Source: an uncultured Chloroflexia bacterium (GTDB taxonomy: Bacteria; Chloroflexota; Limnocylindria; Limnocylindrales; CSP1-4). From it: a stretch of DNA of 64,000 bases. The stretch spans positions 640,001 through 704,000 of the forward strand of contig CAVVCZ010000004.1 of the NCBI GenBank assembly GCA_963746845.1. Reading direction: 5' to 3'. Under the pieces are notes generated by a model. It was given only the letters and a program-made list of their open reading frames with translations, was not told the DNA's origin and searched no databases. Of this stretch, positions 18,756-28,254 are shown piece by piece (the first letter of the stretch is position 1; each line of letters opens with the position of its first letter). A program made the position numbers and the translations under genes.

Positions 18756-19453
18756 GCCGCTCGGTGGGGCCGGCGATGCGCGACCGGAGGAGCCAGCTGA
18801 CGATCGCCGCCGTGGCGTTCCTGCTCGGGTTGCTCGTCGTCGTGCAGCTCCGGACCCAGACCGGCGGATCGGCGCTCCAGAATCAGTCCGCCCAGGACCT
18901 GACGACGCTCGTCGGCAGCCTCAACACCCGCAACGACCAGCTGCGGTCGGAGGTTGGCAACCTCACGAACCAGCTCGACGAGCTGCGCGCGGACCGCGCC
19001 AATGGTGCGACGTCCGTCGAGCAGATCGAGTCCGAGCTCGCCCGGATCCGCGCCTGGGCCGGCGTGGACCCCGTGTCCGGTCGGGGCGTCACGATCGTCG
19101 TCATGGGCGCGATCGACGCGCCGGCCGTTGATGGGCTCCTCAACGAGCTGCGGAACGCGGGCGCCGAGGCCATCGCGATCGAGAACACCCGCGTCGTGCC
19201 CGGGACGACGGTGGGCGGCGTGCCCGGCTCGCTCGACATCGACGGGCTGCTCCTGCGCGACCCGTTCACGATCCGCGCCATCGGTCGGCCGGAGACACTC
19301 GTGGGGTCCCTGACCCGGCCGGGCGGGATCATCGCCCAGCTCGCTGCGACCAGTCCCACGGCCACGATCGACCTGCAGCCGACTGACGATCCGATGACGC
19401 TGCCGGCCACGACCCGGAACCTCGTCCCGGATCATGGGCATCCGCGTCTTTGA
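18752..19453 (+). CDS. DUF881 domain protein
   Basis: TM plus coiled coil; PVSGRGV, LNELRNAGAEAIAI, PFTIRAIG. Confidence 0.88.
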   Translation: MSRSVGPAMRDRRSQLTIAAVAFLLGLLVVVQLRTQTGGSALQNQSAQDLTTLVGSLNTRNDQLRSEVGNLTNQLDELRADRANGATSVEQIESELARIRAWAGVDPVSGRGVTIVVMGAIDAPAVDGLLNELRNAGAEAIAIENTRVVPGTTVGGVPGSLDIDGLLLRDPFTIRAIGRPETLVGSLTRPGGIIAQLAATSPTATIDLQPTDDPMTLPATTRNLVPDHGHPRL

Positions 19454-19466
19454 TACCCTCGGCCGG

Positions 19467-19712
19467 ATGACCGACCGCCCCGCCATCGTGTTGTACCTGG
19501 GGGACGTCGTCCGTCTCCAGCGCGCCCACCCGTGCGGGGGTGACACCTGGCTGATCGATCGGCTGGGCGCCGACATCGGCCTCCGCTGCCGCACGTGCGG
19601 CCGGCATGTGCTCGTGGAGCGGCGAACCGTCGAGCGTCGGCTGGCGGCGTTCGTCGAGCGCGGTGACCCCGTCCTGAGCGCCGCAGCGGCTCCGCGGCCC
19701 AGCGCCCCGTGA
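19467..19712 (+). CDS. DUF951 family protein
   Basis: GDVVRLQRAHPCGGDTW...GADIGLRCRTCGR. Confidence 0.88.
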   Translation: MTDRPAIVLYLGDVVRLQRAHPCGGDTWLIDRLGADIGLRCRTCGRHVLVERRTVERRLAAFVERGDPVLSAAAAPRPSAP

Positions 19713-21286
19713 CGTCGGGCGGGGGCGCGCCCGCGACCGTCGCCCCGCCCGAAGGGGCGCTTGCGGTCTTCCGGAACCGGCCGTTCCTCCTGCTCTGGCT
19801 CGCCCAGGCGGCGACCCAGATCGGCGGGAACATGGTCATCTTCGGCCTGACCGTCATCATCTCGAAGTCGACCGGCTCGGTGACGGCCGTGAGCGCCCTG
19901 ATCCTCACGTTCCTCCTGCCGGCCGTCCTGTTCTCGGCCCTCGCCGGGGTGTTCGTCGATCGCCTCGATCGTCGGTTGGTCCTGGTCTTCACGAACATCC
20001 TCCGCGGGCTTGCGTTCGTGGCGATGTACTTCGTCGGCGACCACCTCGGGTTGATCTACCTGCTGAACATCACGGTCTCGACGATCACGGTGTTCTTCGC
20101 CCCGGCCGAGGCGGCGATGATCCCGATGGTCGTCCCGAAGCGGCAGCTGATGTCGGCGAACGGGATCTTCACGCTCACCCTGAATGCGGCGTTCGCCCTC
20201 GGGTTCACACTGCTCGGCCCGCTGATCGTGAAGATCGCGGGCGCCCCGGCCTTGATCGCGGTCGTCGCCGTCCTGTACTTCATCGCCGCGGTCTTCTGCT
20301 GGACGCTGCCGCCGGCCCCGCCGGCTGTCCGGGACACGGGGCCGCACGGCGCGCGGGGGCGGGTCCGCGAGGCCGAGGACGCGATGGGCTCGGTCCTCGT
20401 CCAGCTCCGCGAGGGCCTCGCCTTCATCCGGGACCACCGCCGGGTCCGCTGGTCCCTCGGGTACCTGGCGATCGCGGCGTCGCTCGTCGGCGTCCTGGGC
20501 GTCCTCGGCCCGTCGTTCGCCAAGAAGACGCTCGGGCTGAGCCCGGAGGACTTCGTCGTCGTCGTCCTACCGCTCGGTGTCGGGATCGTGATGGGGATCC
20601 TGCTGCTCAACGCCTATGGCCGCCTGCTTCCGCGCCGGCGGGTGATCGAGGGCGGCCTCATCGCCCTCGGGATCCTGCTCGGGGCGATGGCCCTGTCCGG
20701 CTCCATCAGCGCCTTCCTCGACACGTCGGTCTCGAACACCAATCTGCCGGACCTGTCGCTTCTGACGTCGCTCCTGTCGATCGTCGTCGGGGTCGCGTTC
20801 TTCGCCGGGATCGCGTACGCCTGCGTCGCCATCCCCTCGCAGACGCAGCTCCAGGAAGACCTGCCGGACGACGTCCGCGGCCGGGTCTTCGGCATCCTGA
20901 ACATGCTCGTCTCCGTGGCGAGCTTCCTGCCGATCCTCATCGTCGGGCCGATCGCCGACTGGATCGGGACGACGGCGGTCCTCGTGACCGTGGCCGCGCT
21001 GATCGGCGTCTCGGGGATCGCCTCGATCTACCTCCGCGGCCCGCTCCAGCCGGTGGAGCGTGTCTCGCGGGCGAGCGTCGGCAGCCACGGCGACCCGTTC
21101 GTTGCGGCGCTCGGCGCGGAGATCGCCGGGCCGGAGGACTTCCTCGACGAGAACGGCGACGGGATCCCGGATGCGGCGGTCCCCGCCGGGACGACGGGTG
21201 CGTCGCTCGGTCTGGGCGATCCGTCCCGCGAGCAGGACCCCGACCTCGATCCCGAGCACGCGCGCAACGCGCGACCGACGGTCTGA
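19709..21286 (+). CDS. MFS transporter
   Basis: About 12 TM helices; GVFVDRLDRR motif A; QEDLPDDVRGRVFG. Confidence 0.9.
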   Translation: MTSGGGAPATVAPPEGALAVFRNRPFLLLWLAQAATQIGGNMVIFGLTVIISKSTGSVTAVSALILTFLLPAVLFSALAGVFVDRLDRRLVLVFTNILRGLAFVAMYFVGDHLGLIYLLNITVSTITVFFAPAEAAMIPMVVPKRQLMSANGIFTLTLNAAFALGFTLLGPLIVKIAGAPALIAVVAVLYFIAAVFCWTLPPAPPAVRDTGPHGARGRVREAEDAMGSVLVQLREGLAFIRDHRRVRWSLGYLAIAASLVGVLGVLGPSFAKKTLGLSPEDFVVVVLPLGVGIVMGILLLNAYGRLLPRRRVIEGGLIALGILLGAMALSGSISAFLDTSVSNTNLPDLSLLTSLLSIVVGVAFFAGIAYACVAIPSQTQLQEDLPDDVRGRVFGILNMLVSVASFLPILIVGPIADWIGTTAVLVTVAALIGVSGIASIYLRGPLQPVERVSRASVGSHGDPFVAALGAEIAGPEDFLDENGDGIPDAAVPAGTTGASLGLGDPSREQDPDLDPEHARNARPTV

Positions 21287-21294
21287 GCCCCGCC

Positions 21295-22329
21295 GTGCCG
21301 CGGGTCGCCGTCGTCTTCACCGGGGGGACGATCAGCATGCGCCACGACCCCGTCGCCGGCGGCAACGTGCCGGTCCTCGGCGCCGAGGACCTGCTCGCGA
21401 CCGTCCCGGGCCTGGCGGGGATCGCCGACCTCGTCCCGATCGACCTCGCCCTGACGCCGGCGAGCCACTTCCAGCTCGACGGCCTGTTCGCCGTCCGGAA
21501 CGTCATCGAGGACGCCCTCGCCCGCGACGACATCGACGGAGCGGTGGTCGTCCAGGGAACGGACGCGATCGAGGAGACGGCGTTCTTCCACGACCTGCTC
21601 CACCCGGGCGCGAAGCCGATCGTCGTGACCGGCGCGATGCGGTCCGCGAGCCAGCCCGGCTACGAGGGCCCGACGAACCTCACCGATGCCGTGACCGTCG
21701 CGGCATCGCCGGAGGTCGGGGCGGCCGACATCGGGGCGGTCGTCGTGCTGGACGGGTCGATCGAGGCGGCCGACGACGTCACGAAGACCCACGCCTCGTC
21801 GTTCGACACGTTCCGAAGCCTCAATCGGGGATCTCTCGGGCAGGTCCGCGGGGGCGAGATCGTGCTCCGGGCCGCGCGGGGGCCGCGTCGCCACGTCGCC
21901 GCGACCCGGGCGGCGACCCGCGTCTTCCTCGTCACGGCGACGGTCGCCACGGACGGGACGCCGATCGCCGCGTTGCACGCCGCGGGTGCCGATGGCTTCG
22001 TCGTCGCCGCGACCGGGGCGGGGAACACCGATCCGTCGCTCCTCGCGGCGGCGGAGGCGGCGATGGCCGACGGGCTGCCGGTTGCGCTGGCGACGCGCTG
22101 CCCGGCGGGCGCCGCGGGCACGGGCTACGCGTTTCCGGGCGGCGGAGCCACCTGGGAGCGAGCCGGCGCGATCCTCGCCGGTCACCTGAGCGGCCCGAAG
22201 GCCCGGATCGCCCTCGCGCTCGGGCTGGGCGCCGGGCTGGACCGGGACGGTCTCGCCGCCCTGCTGGCCGACCCCGTCCCGATCCGCGAGCCGGACCGGT
22301 TCTGGGACCGGGCCGTGGACCGGGCCTGA
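21295..22329 (+). CDS. L-asparaginase
   Basis: FTGGTI, VQGTD, VVTGAMR, KTH. Confidence 0.88.
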   Translation: MPRVAVVFTGGTISMRHDPVAGGNVPVLGAEDLLATVPGLAGIADLVPIDLALTPASHFQLDGLFAVRNVIEDALARDDIDGAVVVQGTDAIEETAFFHDLLHPGAKPIVVTGAMRSASQPGYEGPTNLTDAVTVAASPEVGAADIGAVVVLDGSIEAADDVTKTHASSFDTFRSLNRGSLGQVRGGEIVLRAARGPRRHVAATRAATRVFLVTATVATDGTPIAALHAAGADGFVVAATGAGNTDPSLLAAAEAAMADGLPVALATRCPAGAAGTGYAFPGGGATWERAGAILAGHLSGPKARIALALGLGAGLDRDGLAALLADPVPIREPDRFWDRAVDRA

Positions 22330-23978
22330 TGCCGCTCGACCTCCTCGTCAGCGGCGGGCGGATCGCGACCCTCGCCGGCGATCGCGGATTCGGCTGGGTC
22401 GACGCCGTCGGGATCACCGACGGGCGGATCGCGTTCGCCGGGTCCGCGATCGATCTGGAGACGCGGGCGGACCCCCACACCCGGCGGATCGAGCTGGACC
22501 CGGACGAGGTCGCGATCCCCGGGCTGACCGACGCCCATCTCCACCTCGCGGAGGGCGGGCTGTCGCTCGACCGGGTCGATCTCACGACGACGGCCACGCT
22601 GGAGGAGGGCCTCGCCGCGATCGCCGCTGCCCACGGCGCGTCCCGGGACCGTGATGCCTGGCTGCAGGGCCACGGCTGGCACAACGACCGGTGGGGCGTC
22701 TGGCCGACGGCGGCCGACCTGGACGGCGTCGCACCGGGGCGCGCCGTCGCGCTGTGGGCCCACGACCACCACGCGCTCTGGGCGAGCCCGCGTGCCCTCG
22801 CCCTCGCCGGGATCGACGAGCGAACGGCCGACCCGCCGGGCGGCCTCCTCCGTCGCGATGCCGCCGGACACCCGACGGGCGTGCTGCACGAGTCCGCGGC
22901 CCGGCTCGTGGTCGATCTCGTGCCGCCCGCTTCGACGGCCGAAGCCGAGGCCGCGATCGCGCGTCTTGCCCGCGACCTGGTCCGTCTGGGGATCGTGGCC
23001 GTGCACGATCCGGGCGCCCTGTCGCTCCAGGACGGCCTCGGGCTCGGGATCGCGGCCTATCGCTCGCTCGACGAGCGCGACGACCTCCCGATCCGGGTTC
23101 ACGCCGCGATCCGGTCCGAGGGGCTCGCCGCCGCGGAGGAGGCCGGGCTGCGGAGCGGAGACCCGCTCGGTCCGATCGGTGGTCGTGCGCGGTTCGGCTG
23201 GCTGAAGCTGTTCGCGGACGGGACGCTGGCGTCGCGGACCGCCGCCCTGCTGGATCCCATCGAGCCGGAGGACGACCGGCCGCTGCCGCCGGGCACGGAT
23301 CGCGGGATCTGGCTCACGCCGCCCGACGAGGTGGCGCGGCTGGCCCTGCGCGCCGCAGATGCCGGGATCGCCACGGCCGTCCACTCGATCGGCGACCGGG
23401 CCTGCCGGGCGACGCTCGATGCCCTCGAGGCCGTGGCGGGCCGGACGGCCCTCATGGCGCGGCTCGAGCACGTCCAGCTCCTGCACCCCGACGACCGCGA
23501 CCGGTTCGGCCGGGCGGGCATCGCGGCCTCGATCCAGCCGATCCATGTCCGCGCCGACGCCTCGATCGCCCGGCGGCTGTGGGGGCGTCGGGCGGAGAGC
23601 CACGGGTATCCGATGCGGTCGCTCCTCGACGCCGGTGCCGTCGTCGCGTTCGGCACGGATGCCCCGGTGGAGCCGATCGACCCGTGGCCCGGCCTGTCGA
23701 TGGCCGTGACGCGAGTGGACGGCACGTGGCCGGCCGACAGCCCGCCGTTCGGCGCGGACGAGCGGATCACGCTCGAGCAGGCGATCCGGGCCGCGTGCGT
23801 GACGCCGGCCATCGTCGCCGGCGAGACGGACCGCGGGCGGCTGACCCCCGGTCAGCGAGCGGACCTCGTCGTCCTGTCGGCGACCGCCCTGAGCCACCCG
23901 ATCGAACCCGGCGGGGCGCTGGCGACGGCCCGGCCGCGGCTCGTGATGATCGACGGCGAGGTGGCCTTCGAGAGCTAG
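22329..23978 (+). CDS. amidohydrolase 3 (YtcJ-like)
   Basis: PGLTDAHLH, KLFADG, HSIGD, RLEHVQ, FGTDAPV. Confidence 0.88.
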   Translation: MPLDLLVSGGRIATLAGDRGFGWVDAVGITDGRIAFAGSAIDLETRADPHTRRIELDPDEVAIPGLTDAHLHLAEGGLSLDRVDLTTTATLEEGLAAIAAAHGASRDRDAWLQGHGWHNDRWGVWPTAADLDGVAPGRAVALWAHDHHALWASPRALALAGIDERTADPPGGLLRRDAAGHPTGVLHESAARLVVDLVPPASTAEAEAAIARLARDLVRLGIVAVHDPGALSLQDGLGLGIAAYRSLDERDDLPIRVHAAIRSEGLAAAEEAGLRSGDPLGPIGGRARFGWLKLFADGTLASRTAALLDPIEPEDDRPLPPGTDRGIWLTPPDEVARLALRAADAGIATAVHSIGDRACRATLDALEAVAGRTALMARLEHVQLLHPDDRDRFGRAGIAASIQPIHVRADASIARRLWGRRAESHGYPMRSLLDAGAVVAFGTDAPVEPIDPWPGLSMAVTRVDGTWPADSPPFGADERITLEQAIRAACVTPAIVAGETDRGRLTPGQRADLVVLSATALSHPIEPGGALATARPRLVMIDGEVAFES

Positions 23979-25349
23979 GGGCCCGCGAGGTCCCGGACGG
24001 CCTCGGCGAAGAGCCCGTTGAGGATCCGCGACGTCGACGGGAAGGCGTGGATGGTGTCGGCCAGGACCTCGACGGGGACGCGGGCGCGGATCGCCAGGAC
24101 GCACTCGTGGATCGCCGCCGACGCGTCCGGGCAGGCCATCGCCGCCCCGACGAGCTGCCGCGTCGCGCGGTCGAACGTCAGCGTCACATGGCCGATCGTC
24201 TCCTCGAGCGCGAAGCCGCGCGACGAGGTCCCGAACGGGGCGACGTACTCGACCGCGTCGATCCCTTCGGCCTTCGCCTGGTCCAGGGTCAACCCGACCG
24301 ACGCCGCCTCGGGGTCCGTGTAGGTGGCCCGCGGCAGCGCCCGGTAGTCGGGGTGGACGTCGAGGCCCATGGCCATCCGGATGGCCAGCTCGCCCTGGTA
24401 GTGCGCCTGGTGGGTATGGAGCTCGGGGCCGGCCGGGTCGCCGATCACCCACAGCCCATCGGCGACGCGGAGCCGGCCGTCACGCGGGAACGCGAGCCGG
24501 CCGCTCGTGTCGAGCCCGTAGTGCTCGAGGCCGAGGTCGTCGAGCGGGAACGACCGCCCGACGGCGAGCAGGATCGCGTGCCCCTCCACGCTCGTGCCGT
24601 CGTCCAGGTCGATCAGGTCAGCACCGTCCGTGCCGGCGCCGGCACGCGCCGCGGTCGCCCGAACGCCGAGCCGGAGCTCGACGCCGTCCCGCCGAAGGAG
24701 CTGGGCGACGGACTCCGCGTTCCGGGGATGCTCCGTCGGCATCAACCGGTCGCCCGACTGGACGATCGTGACCGGGACCCCGAACCGCACGTAGACCTGG
24801 GACAGCTCGCAGCCCGTCGGGCCGCCGCCGAGGACGACGAGGCTCCGCGGGAGCGTCCGGGCGAGCGTCGCCTCGCGGTTCGTCCAGATCCGGACGCGCG
24901 TCGAGGCCGGGCAGCGGCGGGACCCGGGACTGCGAGCCGATCGCGATCAGGACGTTCGGCGAATGGATCTCGTGCGTCACCCCGTCGTGCTCGATCTCGA
25001 CCCGTCCGCGGCCGACGATCCGGCCGGATCCGCGATAGCAGACGGCCCCGGCCTCCTCGAGGCGGTGGACGTGGGACGTGTCGTCCGGCTCCTCCGCGCC
25101 CGCAGGCCGGTTGACCATGAAGTCGCGGGCGGTCGACGCACGCTCCCACGAGTAGCGGTCCGGGTTCGCGGCGTGCTCGGCGGCCCCGTGGAGGAGCGAC
25201 TTCGACGGCAGGCAGCCGATGTGCGGGCAGCTGCCGCCGAACCAGCGCCGGTCGATGACCGCGACGGTCGCGCCGCGGGCACGGGCCTCGAACGCGGCGG
25301 CCTCCCCGGCCGGTCCGGCACCGATGACGACGAAGTCGAAGGGCTCCAT
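23975..25349 (-). CDS. flavoprotein pyridine nucleotide-disulfide oxidoreductase (dihydrolipoyl dehydrogenase/mercuric reductase family); +1 frameshift near 24896
   Basis: VIGAGPAG and GGSCPHIGCLPSK in one frame; WTNREAT...VVLGGGPTGCE and YTDPE in another; one extra base in GACGCGCGTCCGG. Confidence 0.85.
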
Positions 25350-25353
25350 GCCG

Positions 25354-26172
25354 TCAGTTTCGCCGGTCGGAGCCCGGGCGACGTTGCCGGACCGCCTCGT
25401 AGAGCATCACCGCCGCGGCAATCGAGACGTTCAGGCTGTCCGCGATCCCCGCCATCGGGATCGAGACCGACCCGACGCGCTCGTCCCGCCAGGGATCCGT
25501 GAGACCCGCCGCCTCGCTGCCGAGGACGATCGCCACCGGGCCGGTCAGATCCGCGTCCGTGTACGTGGTGGCGGCCCCGACGACCGCGGCGACCGGCCGG
25601 ATCCCGCGATCCACGAGCCACGTCAGGGTCTCGCCGGACGAAGCCGACACGACCGGCACGGCGAAGATCGTGCCGAGCGACGCCCGGATCGCGTTCGGAT
25701 TGAACGGATCCGTCAGGGGATCGGCCGCGATGACGGCATGGGCGCCGGCCCCGTCCGCCGACCGCAGCACGGCGCCCAGGTTGCCCGGCTTCTCGACGCC
25801 CTCGACGACGACGACCAGCGCATCGGCGGGGAGGACGAGGTCATCGAGGGTGGGGTCCGGCGTCTTGACGATCGCCACGACGCCGTCCGAACGCTCGCCG
25901 AATGCGACCTTGGCGAGGACGGCCGGCGTCGCCTCGAGCGTGCCGGGTCGGTGGCGGAGGCGTTCGGCCGCGGCCATCGCCTCCGGAGACCGGATCAGGT
26001 CGGGCGCGACGAATGCGGTCTCGACGCGCACCCCGGCATCGAGCGCCCGAAGGATCTCCCGGGCGCCGTCGACGATCGTGAGGCCGGTCGTGTCACGTTC
26101 CCGCCGATCCCGGAGGCGCACGGCAGCCTTGACCCGCGGGTTCGTGAGGCTCGTGATCGGAGCGTCGCTCAT
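25354..26172 (-). CDS. TrmH/SpoU family RNA methyltransferase
   Basis: EKPGNLGAVLRSA, LGSEAAGL, SIPM...SLNVSIAAA. Confidence 0.9.
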   Translation of the reverse strand: MSDAPITSLTNPRVKAAVRLRDRRERDTTGLTIVDGAREILRALDAGVRVETAFVAPDLIRSPEAMAAAERLRHRPGTLEATPAVLAKVAFGERSDGVVAIVKTPDPTLDDLVLPADALVVVVEGVEKPGNLGAVLRSADGAGAHAVIAADPLTDPFNPNAIRASLGTIFAVPVVSASSGETLTWLVDRGIRPVAAVVGAATTYTDADLTGPVAIVLGSEAAGLTDPWRDERVGSVSIPMAGIADSLNVSIAAAVMLYEAVRQRRPGSDRRN

Positions 26173-26993
26173 CCCCGGATCATGCGGGCTGCGGCCCCCA
26201 GCGGCAGGACGGCTCCGCTGGCTGCCGTGATCGCGACCTCCTCGGCCGCGATGCCCACGGCGCGTCCGAACGCGTCGGTCAGCGCATCCTCGAGGTCGGC
26301 CGGCTCGAGGCCCGTCGTGTGGACGGTGAGGAGGACGAACGCGTCATCCGTCGCCACGGCCGCGACCGCCTCGAGCAGGTCGGGCAGGGCGCGTCGGAGC
26401 GCCCATCGTGCTCCGTCCGGGCCACGGCCGTAGCTGGGCGGGTCGAGCACGATCCCGTCGTAGCGACGATCTCGTCGCGCCTCGCGCCGCGTGAACCCGA
26501 GCGCGTCGTCGACGATCCAGCGGATGGGACGGTCGACCAGCCCCGAGAGCCCGGCATTCCGGCGGGCCCAGCCGACCGCGGAGCGCGACCCGTCGACATG
26601 GGTGACCCGCGCCCCCGCCCCGGCCAGGGCGAGGGTCGTCGCGCCGGTCGAGGCGAACAGGTGGAGGACGTTCGGCGTCTCCCGATCGCGGACGGCGTCG
26701 CGGAGCCACGGCCAGAACCGCGCGTGCTCCGGGAAGCAGCCCACCTGCCCGCCGGATGCCGGCCGCAGCTCGAGTGTCACCCCGTCGAGGTCGACCGTCC
26801 AGGGCGAGCGATCGGGGCCGGCCCATCCGCCATTGCGATCGAAGCGGAGATCGGCCGCCGACCAGCTCCCACTCGGCGCGCGGCGCGGCTCGGTCGCCCC
26901 CGGCGCCGGCCGGTCGACAATCCGCGCCCCGAACCGTTCCAGACGGCGGCCATCGCCACCATCGAGCAGCTCGATCGTCGGTCGTCCTCGCAT
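26169..26993 (-). CDS. class I SAM-dependent methyltransferase (RlmI/K-like)
   Basis: RLERFG, GCFPEH, VLHLFASTG, YDGIVLDPPSYGRG. Confidence 0.85.
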   Translation of the reverse strand: MRGRPTIELLDGGDGRRLERFGARIVDRPAPGATEPRRAPSGSWSAADLRFDRNGGWAGPDRSPWTVDLDGVTLELRPASGGQVGCFPEHARFWPWLRDAVRDRETPNVLHLFASTGATTLALAGAGARVTHVDGSRSAVGWARRNAGLSGLVDRPIRWIVDDALGFTRREARRDRRYDGIVLDPPSYGRGPDGARWALRRALPDLLEAVAAVATDDAFVLLTVHTTGLEPADLEDALTDAFGRAVGIAAEEVAITAASGAVLPLGAAARMIRG

Positions 26994-27066
26994 CGGCGCA
27001 TGATGGCGGGTGACCGGCCCGCGCGGGTCCAGAACCGAACCTCGCGCCGGAGTCGTACCGAGAGCC

Positions 27067-27255
27067 ATGAGACGAGCGCACCGATCGATCGCCCTGGCCG
27101 CCCTGATCGTCATCTCCGCGTTCGCGGCCGCCTGCACGCCCGGTTCAGGTGGCGCCTCGACGCCCCCGGCGGCGAGCGCCGCACCCGCGGATGCCCCCGC
27201 ACCGTCGGCTGCCGCGCCGGCGCCGAGCACCAGCGGCGGCAAGGGCGACTACTGA
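27067..27255 (+). CDS. very small putative lipoprotein (62 aa)
   Basis: MRRAHR, hydrophobic stretch, AAAC lipobox, Ala/Pro/Ser tail ending GGKGDY. Confidence 0.6.
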   Translation: MRRAHRSIALAALIVISAFAAACTPGSGGASTPPAASAAPADAPAPSAAAPAPSTSGGKGDY

Positions 27256-27272
27256 CCGACCGCACGGCGCGG

Positions 27273-27761
27273 TCAGGTCGGCTGTCGCGAGCCCGCAGGT
27301 CCACCAAGCACGCGGACGTAGATCAGGGCCAGGCCTTCGCGCGCCGCGATGAGCGCGAGGATCAGCACCGTCACCTCGACGAAGCCACCGAGGTGGACGC
27401 GGTCACCGAAGACCAGGTCCACCCCCTCGAGGACGACGAACTTCGAGACGAAGAGGATCACCCACAGGGCCACGAAGCGGAGCTTCCGCCAGATCCCGCC
27501 GCGTGCCTCGAACCATCCGAACACACGCTTCTTCACCAGCACGATCGCGTCCAGCATCAGCTTCAGCAGGATCGCCGTGAGGATCGACATCGTGAACGAC
27601 TCGATGATGAAGCTCGGCGCGTATTCGACGAACAGGTTGATCACGACGACCGATATGAGGACGTCGAACGTCCAGCCGAGGAACCGCGTCTGACGGGCGT
27701 TCGGGAGCGGGACCTCGGGATCCTCGAAGTCCCCGAGGGCGAACGGGACGACCTCCGTCAC
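27273..27761 (-). CDS. hypothetical membrane protein (4 TM)
   Basis: Hydrophobic helices; VINLFVEY...IESF motif; typical codon usage. Confidence 0.75.
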   Translation of the reverse strand: MTEVVPFALGDFEDPEVPLPNARQTRFLGWTFDVLISVVVINLFVEYAPSFIIESFTMSILTAILLKLMLDAIVLVKKRVFGWFEARGGIWRKLRFVALWVILFVSKFVVLEGVDLVFGDRVHLGGFVEVTVLILALIAAREGLALIYVRVLGGPAGSRQPT

Positions 27762-27955
27762 GGTCGCGGAGTGGCGCCCGGATTGAACTGGTTCGGCGAT
27801 CCCACGCCGGGCAGCTGATTGGCCGGCGAGGATGGGTTCGGGTTCGGCATCGGCGAGCAGGCTGCCAGGAGGGCACCGGCGATCGCCGCGGCGATGACCG
27901 CTCGCGTGATTCCCAGCTTGATTGCCGCTCGTCCGGATCTCGGTCGTCGGGTCAT
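27758..27955 (-). CDS. very small putative lipoprotein (65 aa)
   Basis: Basic N-terminus, LLAAC lipobox, Pro/Asn tail; GTGA overlap with the downstream gene. Confidence 0.55.
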   Translation of the reverse strand: MTRRPRSGRAAIKLGITRAVIAAAIAGALLAACSPMPNPNPSSPANQLPGVGSPNQFNPGATPRP

Positions 27956-27980
27956 GACGCGTTCACGATCTCACACTTCG

Positions 27981-28009
27981 TTGTTCTCCCGGAACGCCTC
28001 GGCTACAAT
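27981..28009 (+). promoter_or_regulatory. sigma70-type promoter for the leader RNA/tRNA-Val/thrS transcript
   Basis: TTGTTC-N17-TACAAT. Confidence 0.65.
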
Positions 28010-28015
28010 GCGCCG

Positions 28016-28160
28016 AGCCTTCGCGCCCGAATCGGGACGTGGCGACGTCGTCGGCGGGGACTGGAACACCCCGTATCCCAAACGATGGCGCCGGCACGGT
28101 TCGATGCGGACACGAAGGTCAGGTTCCGACCGACCGCCCCCAGCCAGGGTCGTGAAGCCG
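28016..28160 (+). ncRNA. putative structured RNA of unknown family between the promoter and tRNA-Val
   Basis: Multiple long-range complementary segments and no credible ORF; see findings. Confidence 0.35.
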
Positions 28161-28169
28161 GAGCCGCTC

Positions 28170-28246
28170 GGGCGGCTAGCTCAGCTGGTTAGAGCACTTG
28201 CTTGACATGCAAGAGGTCACTGGTTCGAGTCCAGTGTCGCCCACCA
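28170..28246 (+). tRNA. tRNA-Val (GAC)
   Basis: Acceptor stem GGGCGGC/GTCGCCC, D-arm AGCTCAGCTGGTTAGAGC, anticodon arm CTTGC-TTGACAT-GCAAG, GGTTCGAGTCC, encoded CCA. Confidence 0.97.
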
Positions 28247-28254
28247 CATCCTGA

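Noticed and set aside
28116-28149. SRP (4.5S) RNA, suggested by AGGTCAGGTTCC...CAGCCAGGG
   Set aside because: The GNRA tetraloop and GGAAG strand of helix 8 are missing, so the canonical domain IV cannot form.
28170-28246. tRNA as an integration site for an island
   Set aside because: No integrase and no duplicated tRNA 3' end seen in the window.
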